Part shown: positions 45,253 to 60,342 of the stretch, one piece after another
Position numbering within the stretch: position 1 is the first letter of the stretch
How the letters are laid out: every line of letters begins with the position of its first letter
From: the human T2T-CHM13v2.0 reference genome, Homo sapiens
Strand: one strand, 5' to 3'
Assembly (NCBI RefSeq): GCF_009914755.1
Contig: NC_060927.1
DNA: 64,000 nt
The notes under the pieces: model-generated
Database searches by the model: none
What the model was told of the DNA's origin: nothing
Seen by the model: the letters and a program-made list of their open reading frames with translations, nothing else
Program-made: the position numbers and the translations under genes

Positions 45253-45993
45253 GATATGTCTTTTCAAATTATGTGAAAGTATACATCTGATAAAAATAAA
45301 AAGAAATGTTTTATTTTAATTCTATCACTGATGACTATTCAGCTTTCTTAAGGCTTAATTTAGCTATCTATAAAATGAGCATTTTAATCAATGATTAAAA
45401 GATGTCTTGTTCTGACCAACTGTTCTGGTCTCTAGTCCCACACAGTCATTTGCAGGTATCCGGAGGAACCTATTTGAAAGTAACTGTCTATTGTTTCTCC
45501 TTTATTTACAAGGGTTCTGGGGAGGAGTGAAAATGACAAAAGAGAGGTGGCAGGAAGGAGGAGGATGTTTGAGTATTCCCACAAACGGTTGATTAGTCAG
45601 TGAATTAAAGAGAGTTCTTGTTCCTGGATAATTTGGAATGAACACATTTCCTGTTCACTCAGAGATACAGCAGCGAGTTTATTCTGGGTGGCTTCCACAG
45701 TGACCATTGTGGAGAAGAAATCTTGTAATATAATTGAAGAACAATAGCCATATAATTAACACAGATGTTCAGGTATGAGTCATTGAAAAATTATCATCCT
45801 TACTGTGAAATAAGATTGGTCAAGGCGAGGCTGGTCCTTCAAAGAAGGAAAACCCAACATGGTGCAATGTGTGCTGCAGGTAAGGCCGTGGTGTGATTTT
45901 GAACGCAAAGTTGCCTCTGGCTCAAGTTCTCTTGGGCTCGAATCCCAGGCTCTTGCTTGTAACTCCTCTATTGCTTGTCACTGTTATGTAGAG

Positions 45994-46186
45994 CAGTGTT
46001 TCTCAAGTTTGAGTGAATCTTCAAATAACCTGGTGGGCTTGTTGAAACACATATTCCTGAGTTGGATGTCCAGAAATTCGGATTTAGGAGGTCTGTGGTG
46101 GGGCCCAGAATATTCATTTTTAACAAGTTGCTATGTGATGTTGCTGCTGCTGCTGCTACTAGGTGTTGAATCACACTTTGTGTAGC
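45994..46186. mobile_element. MER5A-like hAT MITE
   Basis: cagtgtttctcaagttt...gggcttgttgaaacac...ttttaacaag...cacactttgtgtagc. Confidence 0.75.
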
Positions 46187-46302
46187 ACCAAGTGCAGACT
46201 TCTGAGAGGGTCAATGGACATCAAATAAGTTTAATGAGAGTGAATGAATGTGTCAGGTGTTTCTAGAGAATAGTGTTTTTTTTTTTTTTAATTATGAAAT
46301 AT

Positions 46303-46593
<291 letters not shown>

Positions 46594-47254
46594 TTATGAA
46601 ATATATCCTATAAATGGAAGGGTGCACAAAATATATTTGAACAAATATATGTTTGTTCAGCTTAAAAGATAATGGTTTACAAAACTCAATGTACCCACTC
46701 AGTGGGAACAATGACCTACCCAGTGGGTCAAGAAATTAGAACATTTCAGTACATTAGAGAATAGTTGGGGTGACTTGTTTAGCTTATACTATGTTTAATT
46801 TTTAGCATCTATGTTCATGATTGAAACTGGCCTATTATTTTCCTTCTTTGTACTGCTTTTGTCAGTTTTTAAATTAAAGGTTATACAAAGCTCGGAAACA
46901 GAATTGAGTATTTTTTCTGTTTTCTATAGATTGGAATAATTTCTGTTAAATTGTAATTATATTTAAAAAATCGAGTATATGCCTTCAATAACCAAATATG
47001 CACTATTTGAGTGGAAAATGTCATAGAAGCCAATACAAGTGGTTAGACTGCAGACCCAGTATCTTTAATGGTTAGAAAACTATTAACATGTTTTACTCAA
47101 AGGGATTTGTGTTAAGTGATATTTTTCAAGACATTTTAATGTATTATCTAAGTTTTCAAATGTTTTTTCTTTTTGAATTCCTGATTTTATTTATACTTTT
47201 CTTTTTTTAAATCCATTTTACCATAGATTGGTAAAAGTTGTATTAGTTTTTTAA

Positions 47255-47608
<354 letters not shown>

Positions 47609-47614
47609 TACTTT

Positions 47615-48168
47615 TTATTATTTGCCATTTCTCCTATTAGGAGGTGGGGTCTATTTCTCCTCCGCTTGAATCTGAGTGGGCTGGTAATTGCTTGGACCAG
47701 TTGGGTGCAGTAGAAGTAACACTAGGTGACCTCTGACACTGGGTCACAAGAGGCCATGAAGCATATTTCTTGTTCACTGGAAAGCTTGTTCTTGGCACCT
47801 GGAACCATCATGGAAGACAGCTGATTACCCTGAGACTGCTGTTGAGGCCACATGTAGGCACTCTGAGTGACAGCCTCAGCTGAAGTTGCCCTTCACCCAC
47901 CCCAGGCCAAGTGCCAGCTGTGTGAGTAAGAAAAGTGAATATTGAGAGTGCATTCTTCTGTCCCTGCTATTCCAGACATACCCTTTGAGTCACTTCACAG
48001 CCTTCAGAGTCATCATAGCTGAGACCCCAGAGGTCACTGGGCAGAGACAAATTATCTCTGTCCTGTTAAAATTCCTGACCACTAGAATGAAGGAACATAA
48101 TAGTATGTTTATTGTTTTATGCCACTATGCTTCAGGCGGCTTGTTATGCAGTTAGATAACCAAAATAA
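47615..48168 (+). mobile_element. MLT1-family MaLR solo LTR
   Basis: gaggtggggtctatttctcctccgcttgaatctgagtgggctg...ttgttatgcagttagataacc. Confidence 0.8.
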
Positions 48169-48649
48169 TAATGCCTACACACAGGCAATTGAGACTTTAC
48201 TGACTATCACCGTTTCTCCATGTAGTCACAGCCATATATATCTGCAAATTTCAATAAATTTGATGGGCATAGAAATGCGTACAGAGTCACCACTGCTCTC
48301 ACTTGGACTTGAGCTTGGCTTAGGATCTTTGTAAACTAGATGCCAGACTTAGCAGATAAATTGTTTTAAAGAGCAAAGTGTCTCTAGGCTCTTCACTTGG
48401 AAGAAGATTATTGCCCCCCACAGATGGGTTCATCCTTCACAGTTAGATTTCCTCTTTCTGTGGCTGAACGTATCAGCCACCCATTTAACTGGAAAGACTT
48501 GCTCCAGCCTAATTCTATCCTATTCATTTACTTCTGAAAAGCAAACCAAATAGCCCTTCAAGACTTCTTTCCCTTGGCACGGACTATTTGTTTTAAAATG
48601 TGCTCTGAGGCAGTCTGTATTTTCTTATTAATTGTAATTAAATTAATTA

Positions 48650-48943
48650 ATTATTTTAGAAACAAGGTCTTGCTCAGTTGCCCAGGCTGGAGTCCAGTAG
48701 TGACTGTGGCTCACTGCAGCTTCAAACACCTGGGCTCAAATGATCCTCCTGCCTCAGCCACCCAAGAAGCTGGGACTACAGGTGTGTGTACTGTACCTAG
48801 CTAATTTTATTTTATACATTTTTTGTAGATATGGGGTCTTACTGTGTTGCCCAGGCTGGTTTCAAACTCCTGGCTCAAGTGATCTTCCCACCTTTGCCTC
48901 CCAAAATGCTGGGATTACAGGTGTGAGCCACAGCCCCTAGCCT
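48650..48943 (-). mobile_element. AluJ
   Basis: Diverged reverse dimer. Confidence 0.87.
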
Positions 48944-49197
48944 TGCATTTTCTTTTGAGAAGGTTCTAGGAGAAAGGCAACCTTATAGAGTGGCCAAACA
49001 TCATACCTGCCAGATTTCAGATTGTGCCAAAGTTTTAGCTTTGTCAGTTTCTATTGAAATACCAGCAAGTATTGTAACATTTTATAGAGAGTGATGAGTG
49101 GTATCTATTTAATGTGGACTTTAGTACTTATATTTTATCCTCGTGGCCTTTATAAAACAAAACTTTATTTTTCTTGCCTTTTCTGGAAGTGTTTCCT

Positions 49198-49503
49198 CTT
49201 TTTTTTAATTTTTTTTTTTTCAGACAGAATTTCGCTCTTGTTGCTCAGGCTGGAGTGCAGTGGCATAATCTTGGTTCACCACAACCTCCGCCTCCCGGGT
49301 TCAAGCGATTCTCGTCTCAGCCTCCTGAGTAGCTGGGATTACAGGCATGCGCCGCCACACCTGGCTAATTTTTTTGTATTTTTAGTAGAGACGGGGTTTC
49401 TCCATGTTGGCCAGGCTGGTCTCGAACTTCCGACCTCAGGTGATCCACCTGCCTTGGCCTCCCAAAGTGCTGGGATTACAGGTGGGAGCCACTGCGCCTG
49501 GCC
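49198..49503 (-). mobile_element. AluSp/Sq-like
   Basis: tttcgctcttgttgc, tttctccatgttgg; TSD tgtttcctctttttt. Confidence 0.9.
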
Positions 49504-50368
49504 CATGTTTCCTCTTTTTTAGTACCATAACATCCAGGTACTCAAATCCTTAAGTAAACTCATCAATAATATGTATTCTATTTATTTATATGCAAACAAA
49601 GCAGGGCACTCTGTAGAGCTGTCTCTGAACTTGGATTACTCAGAGTTCTAAAGTGTTATAAACTTCTATAGGGAAAATTCTGGAGAGAATTAACTGAGAT
49701 TTGGCAAAGAAAGAAACCTTGACAGTTAAATGGGTGACAAAATCCAGTTAATTCTGCCATGTCCCTGGGGTTTCTTTAGCTTTATGATCTCTTCTTCTTT
49801 GACTATGACAAAGGCTCCTACAGTCTTTTTGCCTTGGGACTCGGCTACCTACAGCTTCCCTGTTTTCCAAGTGGCAGGTACATTTCTCTATAAGGGCATA
49901 GGCGCTCTGTCTTATTTGTGGTTGTATCTCCATTGCTTAGCACAGTGCTAATGCATAGTTCATGCACAACATATGCTTGAATAAGTGAATATTGAAAAAT
50001 TATATTCTTCTTCTTCTCTGAAACCTTCAATGGATCCAGATGACCTAAAGAATCACATCTACTTTTCTTGGCATGACCCCAGCAGGCAGTAGATGCACTC
50101 AGGCAGTTGAGCAGCACCAATTACTAGAATAGGGGTGTGGTGGCATTGAGTGGAGCTAAGCGATAGGGTTGCCAGAAGGTTTAAACAAAAATACTCTGGA
50201 CATACTTGATAAAACATTATATAAATATGTGCATACATGTATATATACATGTACACACACATATACATATGTAAAAGAAATGAGGATTTTAGTGATGATA
50301 ATTTGCACTATATATTTTACAAAAGGTACTTTTATCTTTTTTTTTTTATTAAAACAAATCTCATTATT

Positions 50369-50677
50369 TGGCTGGGCACAGTGGCTCACACCTCTAATTC
50401 CAACACTTTGGGAGACCGAGGCGGGAGGATTGCTTGAGGCTAGGAGTTTGACACCAGCTCAGACAACATGACAAAACCCTGTCTCTAGAAAAAATACTAA
50501 AATTAGTCAGGCATAGTGGCACATGCCTGTAATCTCAGCTACTCAGGAGGCTGAGGTGGGAGGATCGCTTGAGACCAGGAGCTCGAGGCTGCAGTGAGCT
50601 ATGATCATGCCATTGCACTCCAGCCTAGGCGACACAGCAAGTCTGTATCTCAAAACAAAGCACAACAAAACAAAAAC
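50369..50677 (+). mobile_element. AluJ
   Basis: Dimer, ggatcgcttgag; TSD-like ctcattat. Confidence 0.88.
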
Positions 50678-50961
50678 CCTCATTATGTGATTTTTAATAA
50701 GTTAAAGGTAAAGTTAAAAAATCACTTCTTACAGATTTGAAACTCAGTCTGTTACATTGACAGACTTTTCAGGGCACTAAAAATTCTATCTAGACTGGTG
50801 TTTAATAAAGGGATTAAAATGAAATATTGAACTAGTTTTTACAAATCTGAAGTAACAGGCCCTTTGTTGTAAATACATACCCACTTACAAAAAGTCATTG
50901 CTTCTCAAGAGAAGGAGGCTTGCTTCTCACCTTCCTCATTATGAGACTATGAAAGGAAGGT

Positions 50962-51001
50962 TGTGTGTGTGTGTGTGTATGTGTGTGCACACAGGTGTGT
51001 G
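50962..51001. repeat. Imperfect (TG)n microsatellite
   Basis: Directly visible. Confidence 0.9.
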
Positions 51002-51639
51002 TCATAGTGAAAACATTCAGATTCTTAAACATCAGTAGATTATTCAGAATTGATTTTTCTGAAGGTCTTCCAAGCTCAAGAAGTAAATTTTCAAAGGTAA
51101 TATTTTTCTCTTGGTATTTGAGAATTATTGTATGCATATTCAATATATTTCAGTGGAAAACTTACTGTCCATTTTAAATACACATTACTTTATTAGAAAC
51201 ATTTAGCTCTTTTGGGGGGTCAAAGAACACATTGAAGCTTTGATTTTGAGCTATTGTTATTTTTTTCATAAAGCTTCCAGAAGCTCTGCCATGTAAAAAG
51301 AAAGGGAGCAGCTGGACTCCTCCACTGGAAAGAGGGCAGCATTCACTGCAGTCACGTGGGCCCAGGTGGCGTCTGGGCACCAGGGTGCCTCGCCTTCAGG
51401 ACCAGCTTCAGAGCTGGTTTCCTGGTAGAGAATCAGACTTACAGAGAGGGAAGGAAGGACTCTGTGAAAGCTGTATGGCATGTTAACAAAATCACTTAAC
51501 TAGAAATATTTTCTCAATTGCTTTCCCTGACAGAAAAGTGAAATTCTGGAAAACACTAATTTGAGACACTGGACAATGCTACAGGATTGGAGAAGGCTCC
51601 TCAGTCTCCCATCTTTCCTTCTCTACAGCACACTCCCAC

Positions 51640-52186
51640 ACTATTCCCCACACAACAGCTGGAGAAATCCTTCTAAAAATGCCACAGTTAGATCATGCAA
51701 CCTCCCTATTCAAAAGAACCCAGATCCCAGGGCTTTGCTTAATGTTCACGAATAAAACCCAAAAGTCCTCCTGGACTCTGGCCAGCTCTCAAACCCATCT
51801 CATGTTATTCCCCTTTGGGCTCTCAGCTCATCGATACTGAAAGTTCCCTTGCTGTTTCTGGAATGCTCGAATCCCACTGTCTTGTGAAGGCCTCTACACT
51901 TGCTGCTCCCTCTGTCATGAACACTGCTCCCCAGATGTTTAACATAGCTCATCTCCTGGCTTACTTAGGTCTTTGCTCAAATGTCACTTTTTCAGAGGCC
52001 TGACCACCCTGTCCTCAATCCCCATCTTAACACTCACTCCTGTCTGACTGTTTACCAGGTGTATATCTCTTTACTGTCTACCCCACTGAAAATGAATACT
52101 GATATATCCCCAATGCCTGGAATGGTGTCTGGTATGTAGCTAGTGTCAACTATTTGTGGAATGGATGAATGAATGAATGAATAAGT
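51640..52186 (+). mobile_element. L2 3' end
   Basis: ggtctttgctcaaatgtcactttttcagaggcc ... tatttgtggaatggatgaatgaatgaat tail. Confidence 0.8.
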
Positions 52187-52486
52187 GAGAGCAACAAAAA
52201 ATGACAAATATGATGAAAGAAAATCAGGTAAATGGGTTTATAAATGCTTTTTGAGAATATTCCCTCTATACAGATAATTTTATGAGCAGTTTATGGGAAT
52301 TGAGCTTTGCAGAAAAAAAGAGAAGGGAAGGAAAGAAATGAGGCAGGGACAGAGAGACAGTGGTAGAGATGGAAAGACAGAGATGGGCTCAGTGGTTAGG
52401 AGAAGTAGTGGTGTAATTATTTGTTCATTCTAGCAGGCAAAAGATTTAGTCAAGCCCCAAATGGTCATGTCTTAAGTAAAAATCTA

Positions 52487-52837
<351 letters not shown>

Positions 52838-53214
52838 TCAACAATAAAGATGTGAAACAGATTTTCAAGGGACTTGTTAAGTGGCTGGTGAAGGATTTGT
52901 TGACATGCTCAATGTAGGAATTGAAAATTAATCAAAAGCCTTAGAGAACTATTAGAGGAACTGATAAGATCACCAACAGAAGACATTGCACTCTATGGGG
53001 GACTTATGGGGTTTTCAGGGGTAATTTGAATTGCGTAAAATTTTCACTTTATGGGCTAACCCACCTAGTCCTGGAGTAAGACATGACTCCATTTCAAAGG
53101 GAGAAAGAAAGATTAAGATTTGTTCTAGTTGTACACTCAAATTGGTAGGGTCTCTCATTTTAGGTTAAGGAGGAAAAAAAAATTGGTAAGGTCGAGAGAA
53201 GATGATGTTCACCC

Positions 53215-53517
<303 letters not shown>

Positions 53518-53540
53518 TATGATGTTCACCCTAGAAGTAG

Positions 53541-53976
<436 letters not shown>

Positions 53977-54634
53977 GAAATCTAAGCACTTCTATCTGGC
54001 TTATCGTCACTTCTGTGTTACAGAGAATAAAGAGGTTGAGTACAGGCTGTCAATTTCCTTGCTTGCCATATAGTTGGTGATTCATTAGGATTTTCCAGTG
54101 AGCACTACATGAACTAAATTTCTTGTCTTGATGCATGTTGGTGCCACTGGAAGCCATGACGTGGTTTGCATGTGATCTGCAGCCTCAGGGCTGGCCTCTG
54201 CGAAGGTTTTAAAAATTCAGACTCACTGGTCTGTGCATTATTTACACAACCTTAGCTTGGAAGGCCTGAAGTAGAAATGTGTCTTCACAACTTTGAGAAG
54301 TGACAATAGCAGTGAAGGGAAGGAGTATGGAAGCTGAGATAATGCAAGATCACATAAAAGATTTGGTGTGTTGGAACACACAGAAATGCTTTTAAAAAAT
54401 TAGCTAAAAGTTGAGGTGACGGTGAATTTGTTTCTGCATTAGTGAGATATAATTTCTCTCTCTCCTTTTGTGCTATGTGTGTGTGCTTTGATGTGTCAGG
54501 GTGGGGCTGATGAAGTCTAATCGTGCTTACTGTGTGATTGGTTCACACTAACTTGTGTTCTAACCCAGAGAAATTACTGAAGCTTTTTTTTTTTCAAGAG
54601 AAGGACGGGAAACAGACAAGCAGCTATGGCATTA

Positions 54635-54903
54635 CCCACATGGCAGAGGAAGCTACCTTTATGGCATCTTCACAAACACTGAAATGTGTTATTGGTCTGC
54701 ATCTATGCTTCACTCCAAGATTTCCTAGCTCTATTTTTTTTTTGCATTCCAAAGTGAAAAGATGTAGCCCACATGGCAGAGGAAGCTACCTTTATGGCAT
54801 CTTCACAAACACTGAAATGTGTTATTGGTCTGCATCTATGCTTCACTCCAAGATTTCCTAGCTCTATTTTTTTTTTTGCATTCCAAAGTGAAAAGATGTA
54901 GCC
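54635..54903. repeat. Tandem duplication of a 133/134 bp unique segment
   Basis: Copies start at 54635 and 54768; identical except T10 versus T11. Confidence 0.97.
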
Positions 54904-55233
54904 TTTTGTTAACTTACAAAATTCTATAGCTCACACAATAGAGTAAAATAGTAATTAATACAGGTTAGGCTGTGAGGCTAATCACTGTGGAAAAATTGTG
55001 ATCAAATCGCTTAATTTCCTCTGTTATCTAGGTCAGTGAGGAAAATAATTTCTCCACTTTCTTTGCCCTTTGTTCCAAACTGTTTTTAGTGACTGTGGAG
55101 AGTTGCAGGTTTTATCATTATAGTAAAAAGAGGAGCCATTCTGACAATTATCAGCTAAATTAAAATGAATGGTTAAAAACAGTTCAGCCCGAGAAATACA
55201 TAATGCAGCTTAATGATAGAAAAGACCCAGCCA

Positions 55234-55550
55234 GGCTGGGCACGGTGGCTCACGCCTGTAATCCCAGCACTTTGGGAGGCCGAGTCGGGTGCATCACCTG
55301 AGGTCGGGAGTTTGAGACCAGCCTGACCAACACGGAAAAACCCTGTCTCTACTAAAAATACAAAATTAGCTGGGCGTGGTGGCACTTGCCTGTAATCCCA
55401 TCTACTCAGGAGGCTGAGGCAGGAAAATTGCTTGAACCCAGGAGGTGGAGGTTGCGGTGAGCCAAGATCGTGTCATTGCACTCCAGCCTGGGCAACAAGA
55501 GCAAAACTCTGTCTCAAAAAAAAAAAAAAAAAAAAAGAAAGAAAGAAAAA
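55234..55550 (+). mobile_element. AluSp-like
   Basis: gaggtcgggagtttgagaccagcctgacc; TSD aaaagacccagcca. Confidence 0.9.
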
Positions 55551-56404
55551 GACCCAGCCAGTCTTTCAACCACTGGGATTGAAATTTCATGGTCTCTGAG
55601 GATGACTCACTTCTTAGCTGTGTCATGAGTTTCATTTTGAAATGAAATACACTGTGTGGTTTCATTTGAGGCTTCATGTTGATGCAAAAAGGAAATGAGT
55701 CCATATTGGGAAGTTAGGTTGAAATACATATATTAATGATGAAAAAGTGTCAGGCTGTCGTTCAGCCATCCTTACTACTTCTGTTCCGGCATTACCAGGC
55801 TCTTCTGTAATTGTATAACACCTGTTTGTCTCCCCTACTTGTCTGAGAACTCAGAAGGCAGGAACTGGGTGAGGCAAGTAGAAGACACTCAATGAACAGC
55901 TGTTGAGTGAACCAGGGAACATCATCTCTAAGGGGAAGGAATCAGGGAATTTTCAGCTCCAATCTTCCTGTGTAATTGTTGATGAGAAAAATCTATATTC
56001 ATCTTCACTGCATTTACACAGTTGACAAGAACGGTCTTATTTATAGAAGCCACTTTATGGTGTTATTTTTCACGATATAGTTACATTCTCAAACTTGCAT
56101 GTTCTCTTGAAACCAATGAGAGGGGTGGTGAGCATAGGAAGTGTAGTGGAAACAAAGTAGATGTGATGAAAAATGGCGCAAGATTCTGGGTTGATTTTAC
56201 TCTTATTTCAATTTACATTTACATTTTTTGAGTATGTACAATATTCTAGACTGTTTCAAGGATACTAGACTTTGTATCTGATTTCAAAGAATTTATACTG
56301 TCATGGTGAGGAGGGGGACAGAAAGGAGACTTCTTAAGTAACCAAAGAAATTAGAGAACAAGAAAAAACTGTATGTAACAAAATATCCAACTGAATTGTG
56401 AGGT

Positions 56405-56625
56405 GGTACAGCTTAGTCTTTAGAGGCACAGGCTTTTAAATCAGACTAGGACTGGTACTGGTTCTACCATTACTAGCTCTGAGATCCTGGAGAAGTTATG
56501 TGACCTAATCTTATTTATTTATTTGCAAAGTGGGAATGACAATAATTATATTTACACTATAAGGTTATGAGATTAAATAATATTCATGTACACTGTATAT
56601 CCCACAAGGAGTATCAGATCAATGA
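56405..56625 (+). mobile_element. MIR
   Basis: ggttctaccattactagctctgagatcctggagaagtta...aaagtgggaatgacaata. Confidence 0.7.
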
Positions 56626-57339
56626 ATGATAATGATAATTATATAATAATTATAATCTTAGTGATTAAAGGTGACAATGGAAAGGACTAGGAAAACAGCT
56701 CCAGTAACTGAGGCTATTTTAAAATTTCTGTTTCTAATCCACATGAAATAGAATGTTTTGCTAAAAGATGGTATTGGTTACTTGTAGACAAATTAAAATC
56801 ATATAATCGATAGGCTTTGATAAAAAACATTGAGAACAGTGCTTGCTTTGGCAAACATTACTAAGTGAACATCTTGAACTTTCTTCTCAAAAGAACACAG
56901 TTAAGAGTCCAGAGAGTTGCTTTATTTCTGACAACCAAAAGGGCTATCTTCCTTGTCCAAATTATAACCATGCAGTCCAAGGGAAATACGTGTACTTTTA
57001 GAGAACAACAGCTTTGATTCTGGGAAAGGAAATACATGCTATAGAGAGTAGCCCTGAGAAATTGTTGAAGTTTGATAATGTTGCAAAACTGAATTTCTAT
57101 TTGTGACCAACATAAACATTTTTCTTCCCTTTAGAATATGAGCTCCAGTCTTTTGGAGAAAATCTTTTTCTCTTCCTGATATTGGCTATTCATTTTATGT
57201 TTTACTGAGAATGAGGACAGTCCACGTGAATTCTCTCAATATCTCTTGAAGGGTTACCCTCTTTTCCTTTTTTCTACCTCAGCACAAGGTAACTTGCTTT
57301 TTTCCTTGCCAAGAACACTGCTCTTAATTCTATTACTGC

Positions 57340-59170
57340 TCACCTCCTCTCAGTTTTGCTCCATCCTTTAAGCCCTATCTTTCTTCCATCTTCAATCTCC
57401 AATCTCTCCTCCTCTGCCACAAATATGGCCAGCCCTCTGTATCCTAAAATAACCCCCCTCTGACCCTGCTGCTGTAGCAGGTTACTGCCTTATCTTTCTT
57501 CCGTTTATTACCACACTTCTTCTAAAAGAATACAAATTCTGCTTTCACTTCCTGCTTATACATTCACTTCTTAACCCCTTGTAATATGGTTTCTACCTTT
57601 ACCCCTCTATGAAACCACCTTCTGGAAAATCACTGAGAGTTTAGTTTCATATCCAACAAATCTAATGGACTTGTCTCAGTCCTCATTCTCCCTGTTGTCT
57701 CTGCAGAAATTTCAGTTTGTTGAATGTTCTCCTTCTATAGCCTCTGTGATACCATAGCCTGCTGGTTCTTTTATCTTTCTGGAAACTTCTCTTCCACCTC
57801 CTTCACTAGCTGCTTTTTCTTTCTACTGCTCCATAAATAAAATAAAATCTTCTCCACATTCTTTGCCTCATGTGACTTCTTATCTACTCACATTGCTTTA
57901 CACATGAATTTCTTCAATCTTTTTTCCCTTCATCTCAAAATCTTTCTCCTGATGATTCTAAAATCTAGCAATTTCCAATTGCTGTTAAGACTTTCTTACT
58001 TAGGTAACCAGCCAGGATTTTAAACTCAGTGTATCTAAAATGAAGCCCATTAACTTATGTTCATCAAACTCCAAACTCCAACTGATTGTCTCTATTTTGT
58101 TTTTATAAATGACACCACTATTAATGAATCATCTTTCACAACTCACAAGTAATTTTTTATTCGTCCTTACTTCTCACACCCTGTGCCTACTAAATTATGG
58201 AGTAAGGAAGATTCTATAGGCTTTGTGGTACACAGGGTGGGAAGAGCATCTATTTTGCTGTCAGATAAGTCTGAGTTCAGATCATGGTTTTGCTACTTAC
58301 TACCCTTTTGGTCTTGAGCCAGTTAGTTAAGCTCACCAGAGTCTTGATATCCTTATGTATAAAGCAGGGAATATAACATTCCCTACCTAGCCAATTGAGA
58401 GGATTGGATGAGAGCTGCACATTTTATGTGGAGTCCTAAATAAATACTGATCTCATTCTTTTCCCTAATCGTGGTTATGCCTCTCATACTCACTTTTCTT
58501 TTCCATTAAATGGAATAATATGCATCAAGGACCTCATGCAGTTCCTGAAATGCAGATGCTCATTCCACGTTTTTTTTCTCCTTTCTTCCTTCCGTTGTGG
58601 CCTGCTCAGTTCAGGACTGTGTTGCTTCTTGTCTGGACAATTGTTGCGGCTCCCGACATGGCTCTTGCTCCTGCTTCAGACATTTGGATTCACCGCACTC
58701 ACTGCTGGTTGGTTTTTCTTCCTCATGTGTGCTCTGATTAGGACACCCTTCTGCTCAGAAGACTTCACTTATTCATCATTTCCAAGAAAATGAAGTAGGA
58801 AAACATGTGGACCAAGTTATCTTAGAGACATATGTGCCATGACTTTCTTACATGTGAGGTCTATTTTGGCCAAGTGGTACCATTCACTGTTCCTTCAACA
58901 TGTCCTTACTTTTCTATTCTATTAACTTTCCTCCTGGGTCTAGGATTGACAACGATGCAGTCTCAATCTTTAAAATCTATTTCTACCATGATGCTTTCCC
59001 TGATTCTTTAAACATATGGGATTTCTCTCTGCTTTGGCCCCCAAAAGACTTTGCACCTCTCATGTTCACCTTAGTTCTCATTTTAGTGGTTATTTATTTA
59101 CTTGTTCACACTTACCCATTCCTCCCTTCATGATACAATAAGGTTTTGAGCCTGTGTCTAATTAATATAT
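57340..59170 (+). mobile_element. Fragmented L2 relic with a MIR at ~58230-58400
   Basis: Pyrimidine-rich L2 ORF text (aaatctaatggacttgtctcagtcctcattctc; taaactcagtgtatctaaaatgaa). Confidence 0.55.
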
Positions 59171-59984
59171 CTATATTTTTAAGTAGCTAGTCTTGCAGGC
59201 CCTGAAAACCTTTTGGTTCAATTAAAATAGTTTAACTTTGATATACAGACCTATGCTTGAAAGTGGAAGTCTTATAGACAACAGAACCACTGTTTATGAG
59301 AAGAGAAAGAGAAAAGATAAGAGGAATAATAAGAAAAAAGGGCAGCTTCCTTGGGTTATGAGGTAATTATTGGAATTCGGTCAGAAAAGTAAGAAATAGA
59401 AATAAGTACGTGTCCCAAGAGAAGCAGCAATACCTAGGATTATGCTGACAGAGTGAGGGGGATTTAAAAGCAGTCTCCATTCTAATGCTTTTTAAATTCT
59501 CGGCATAGTGTAATGATTACTATTCCAAAACAGAAGATATGTTGGCAAACTGCCCTGTATTTGAAAATAGAGGAAATGCCCTGGAAAGAATGAGATGTGG
59601 TAAAGAGAGGAAATGACAATGTACTGAAAAGACTGGGCTGTAAGTCATCACAGCGGCGCCCTGAAACCCGATATGTCAGGCAGGCTGGTGGGATCCTGGG
59701 ATCCCTCATGTAACGGCACTCATTCTGACAGAAGCAGAGATAAAACAGACTAAGTACACAGAGGAGTTTAAGGTTTCGTGAATGTAAGTGCTGAGTACAG
59801 AATGGTGCTCAATAAAAGCTTGTTAATTGATGGACCACAGGTTTGTGACAAGACTTCTCAGAGTCTGATTCTTTCAAGGTGGGATATAAGAGTAAGGTAA
59901 GCACCTCAGAAAATGCCTGGGGCAGGTCACTCAGTGTTGCTGGGACTGATGGTGTTGGCTTGGCTTGACTAGGATTTAATAATA

Positions 59985-60342
59985 CAGATGTGCCTCAACT
60001 TATGAAGGAGTTAAGTCCCGATAAACCCATAGCAAACTTGAAATACCATGAGTTCAAAATGCATTTAATACACCTAACTGACTGAACATTATCGATTAGC
60101 CTGGCCTACCTTACTCATGCTCTGAACACTTACATTAGCCTACAGTTGGGCAAAATAATCTAACACAAAGCCTATTTTATAATAAAGTATTGAATATTAC
60201 ATGTACTTTATTGACTACTGCACTGAAAGTGAAAAACAGAATGATTGCATACGTATGCAATCATTGAAGTATGGTTTCTACTGAACGCATGTTGCTTTCA
60301 CACCATTGTTAAGTCGAACTAACACAAATCTTGGACGGTTTG
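59985..60342. mobile_element. MER47A-like (Tigger) DNA transposon
   Basis: cagatgtgcctcaacttatg...cccgataaacccat...ttacattagcctacagttgggcaaaa...ggacggtttg; TA flanks. Confidence 0.88.

Noticed and set aside
58520-58793. Hydrophobic ORFs resembling a membrane protein exon
   Set aside because: Pyrimidine-rich sequence resembling an L2 relic; no recognisable homology
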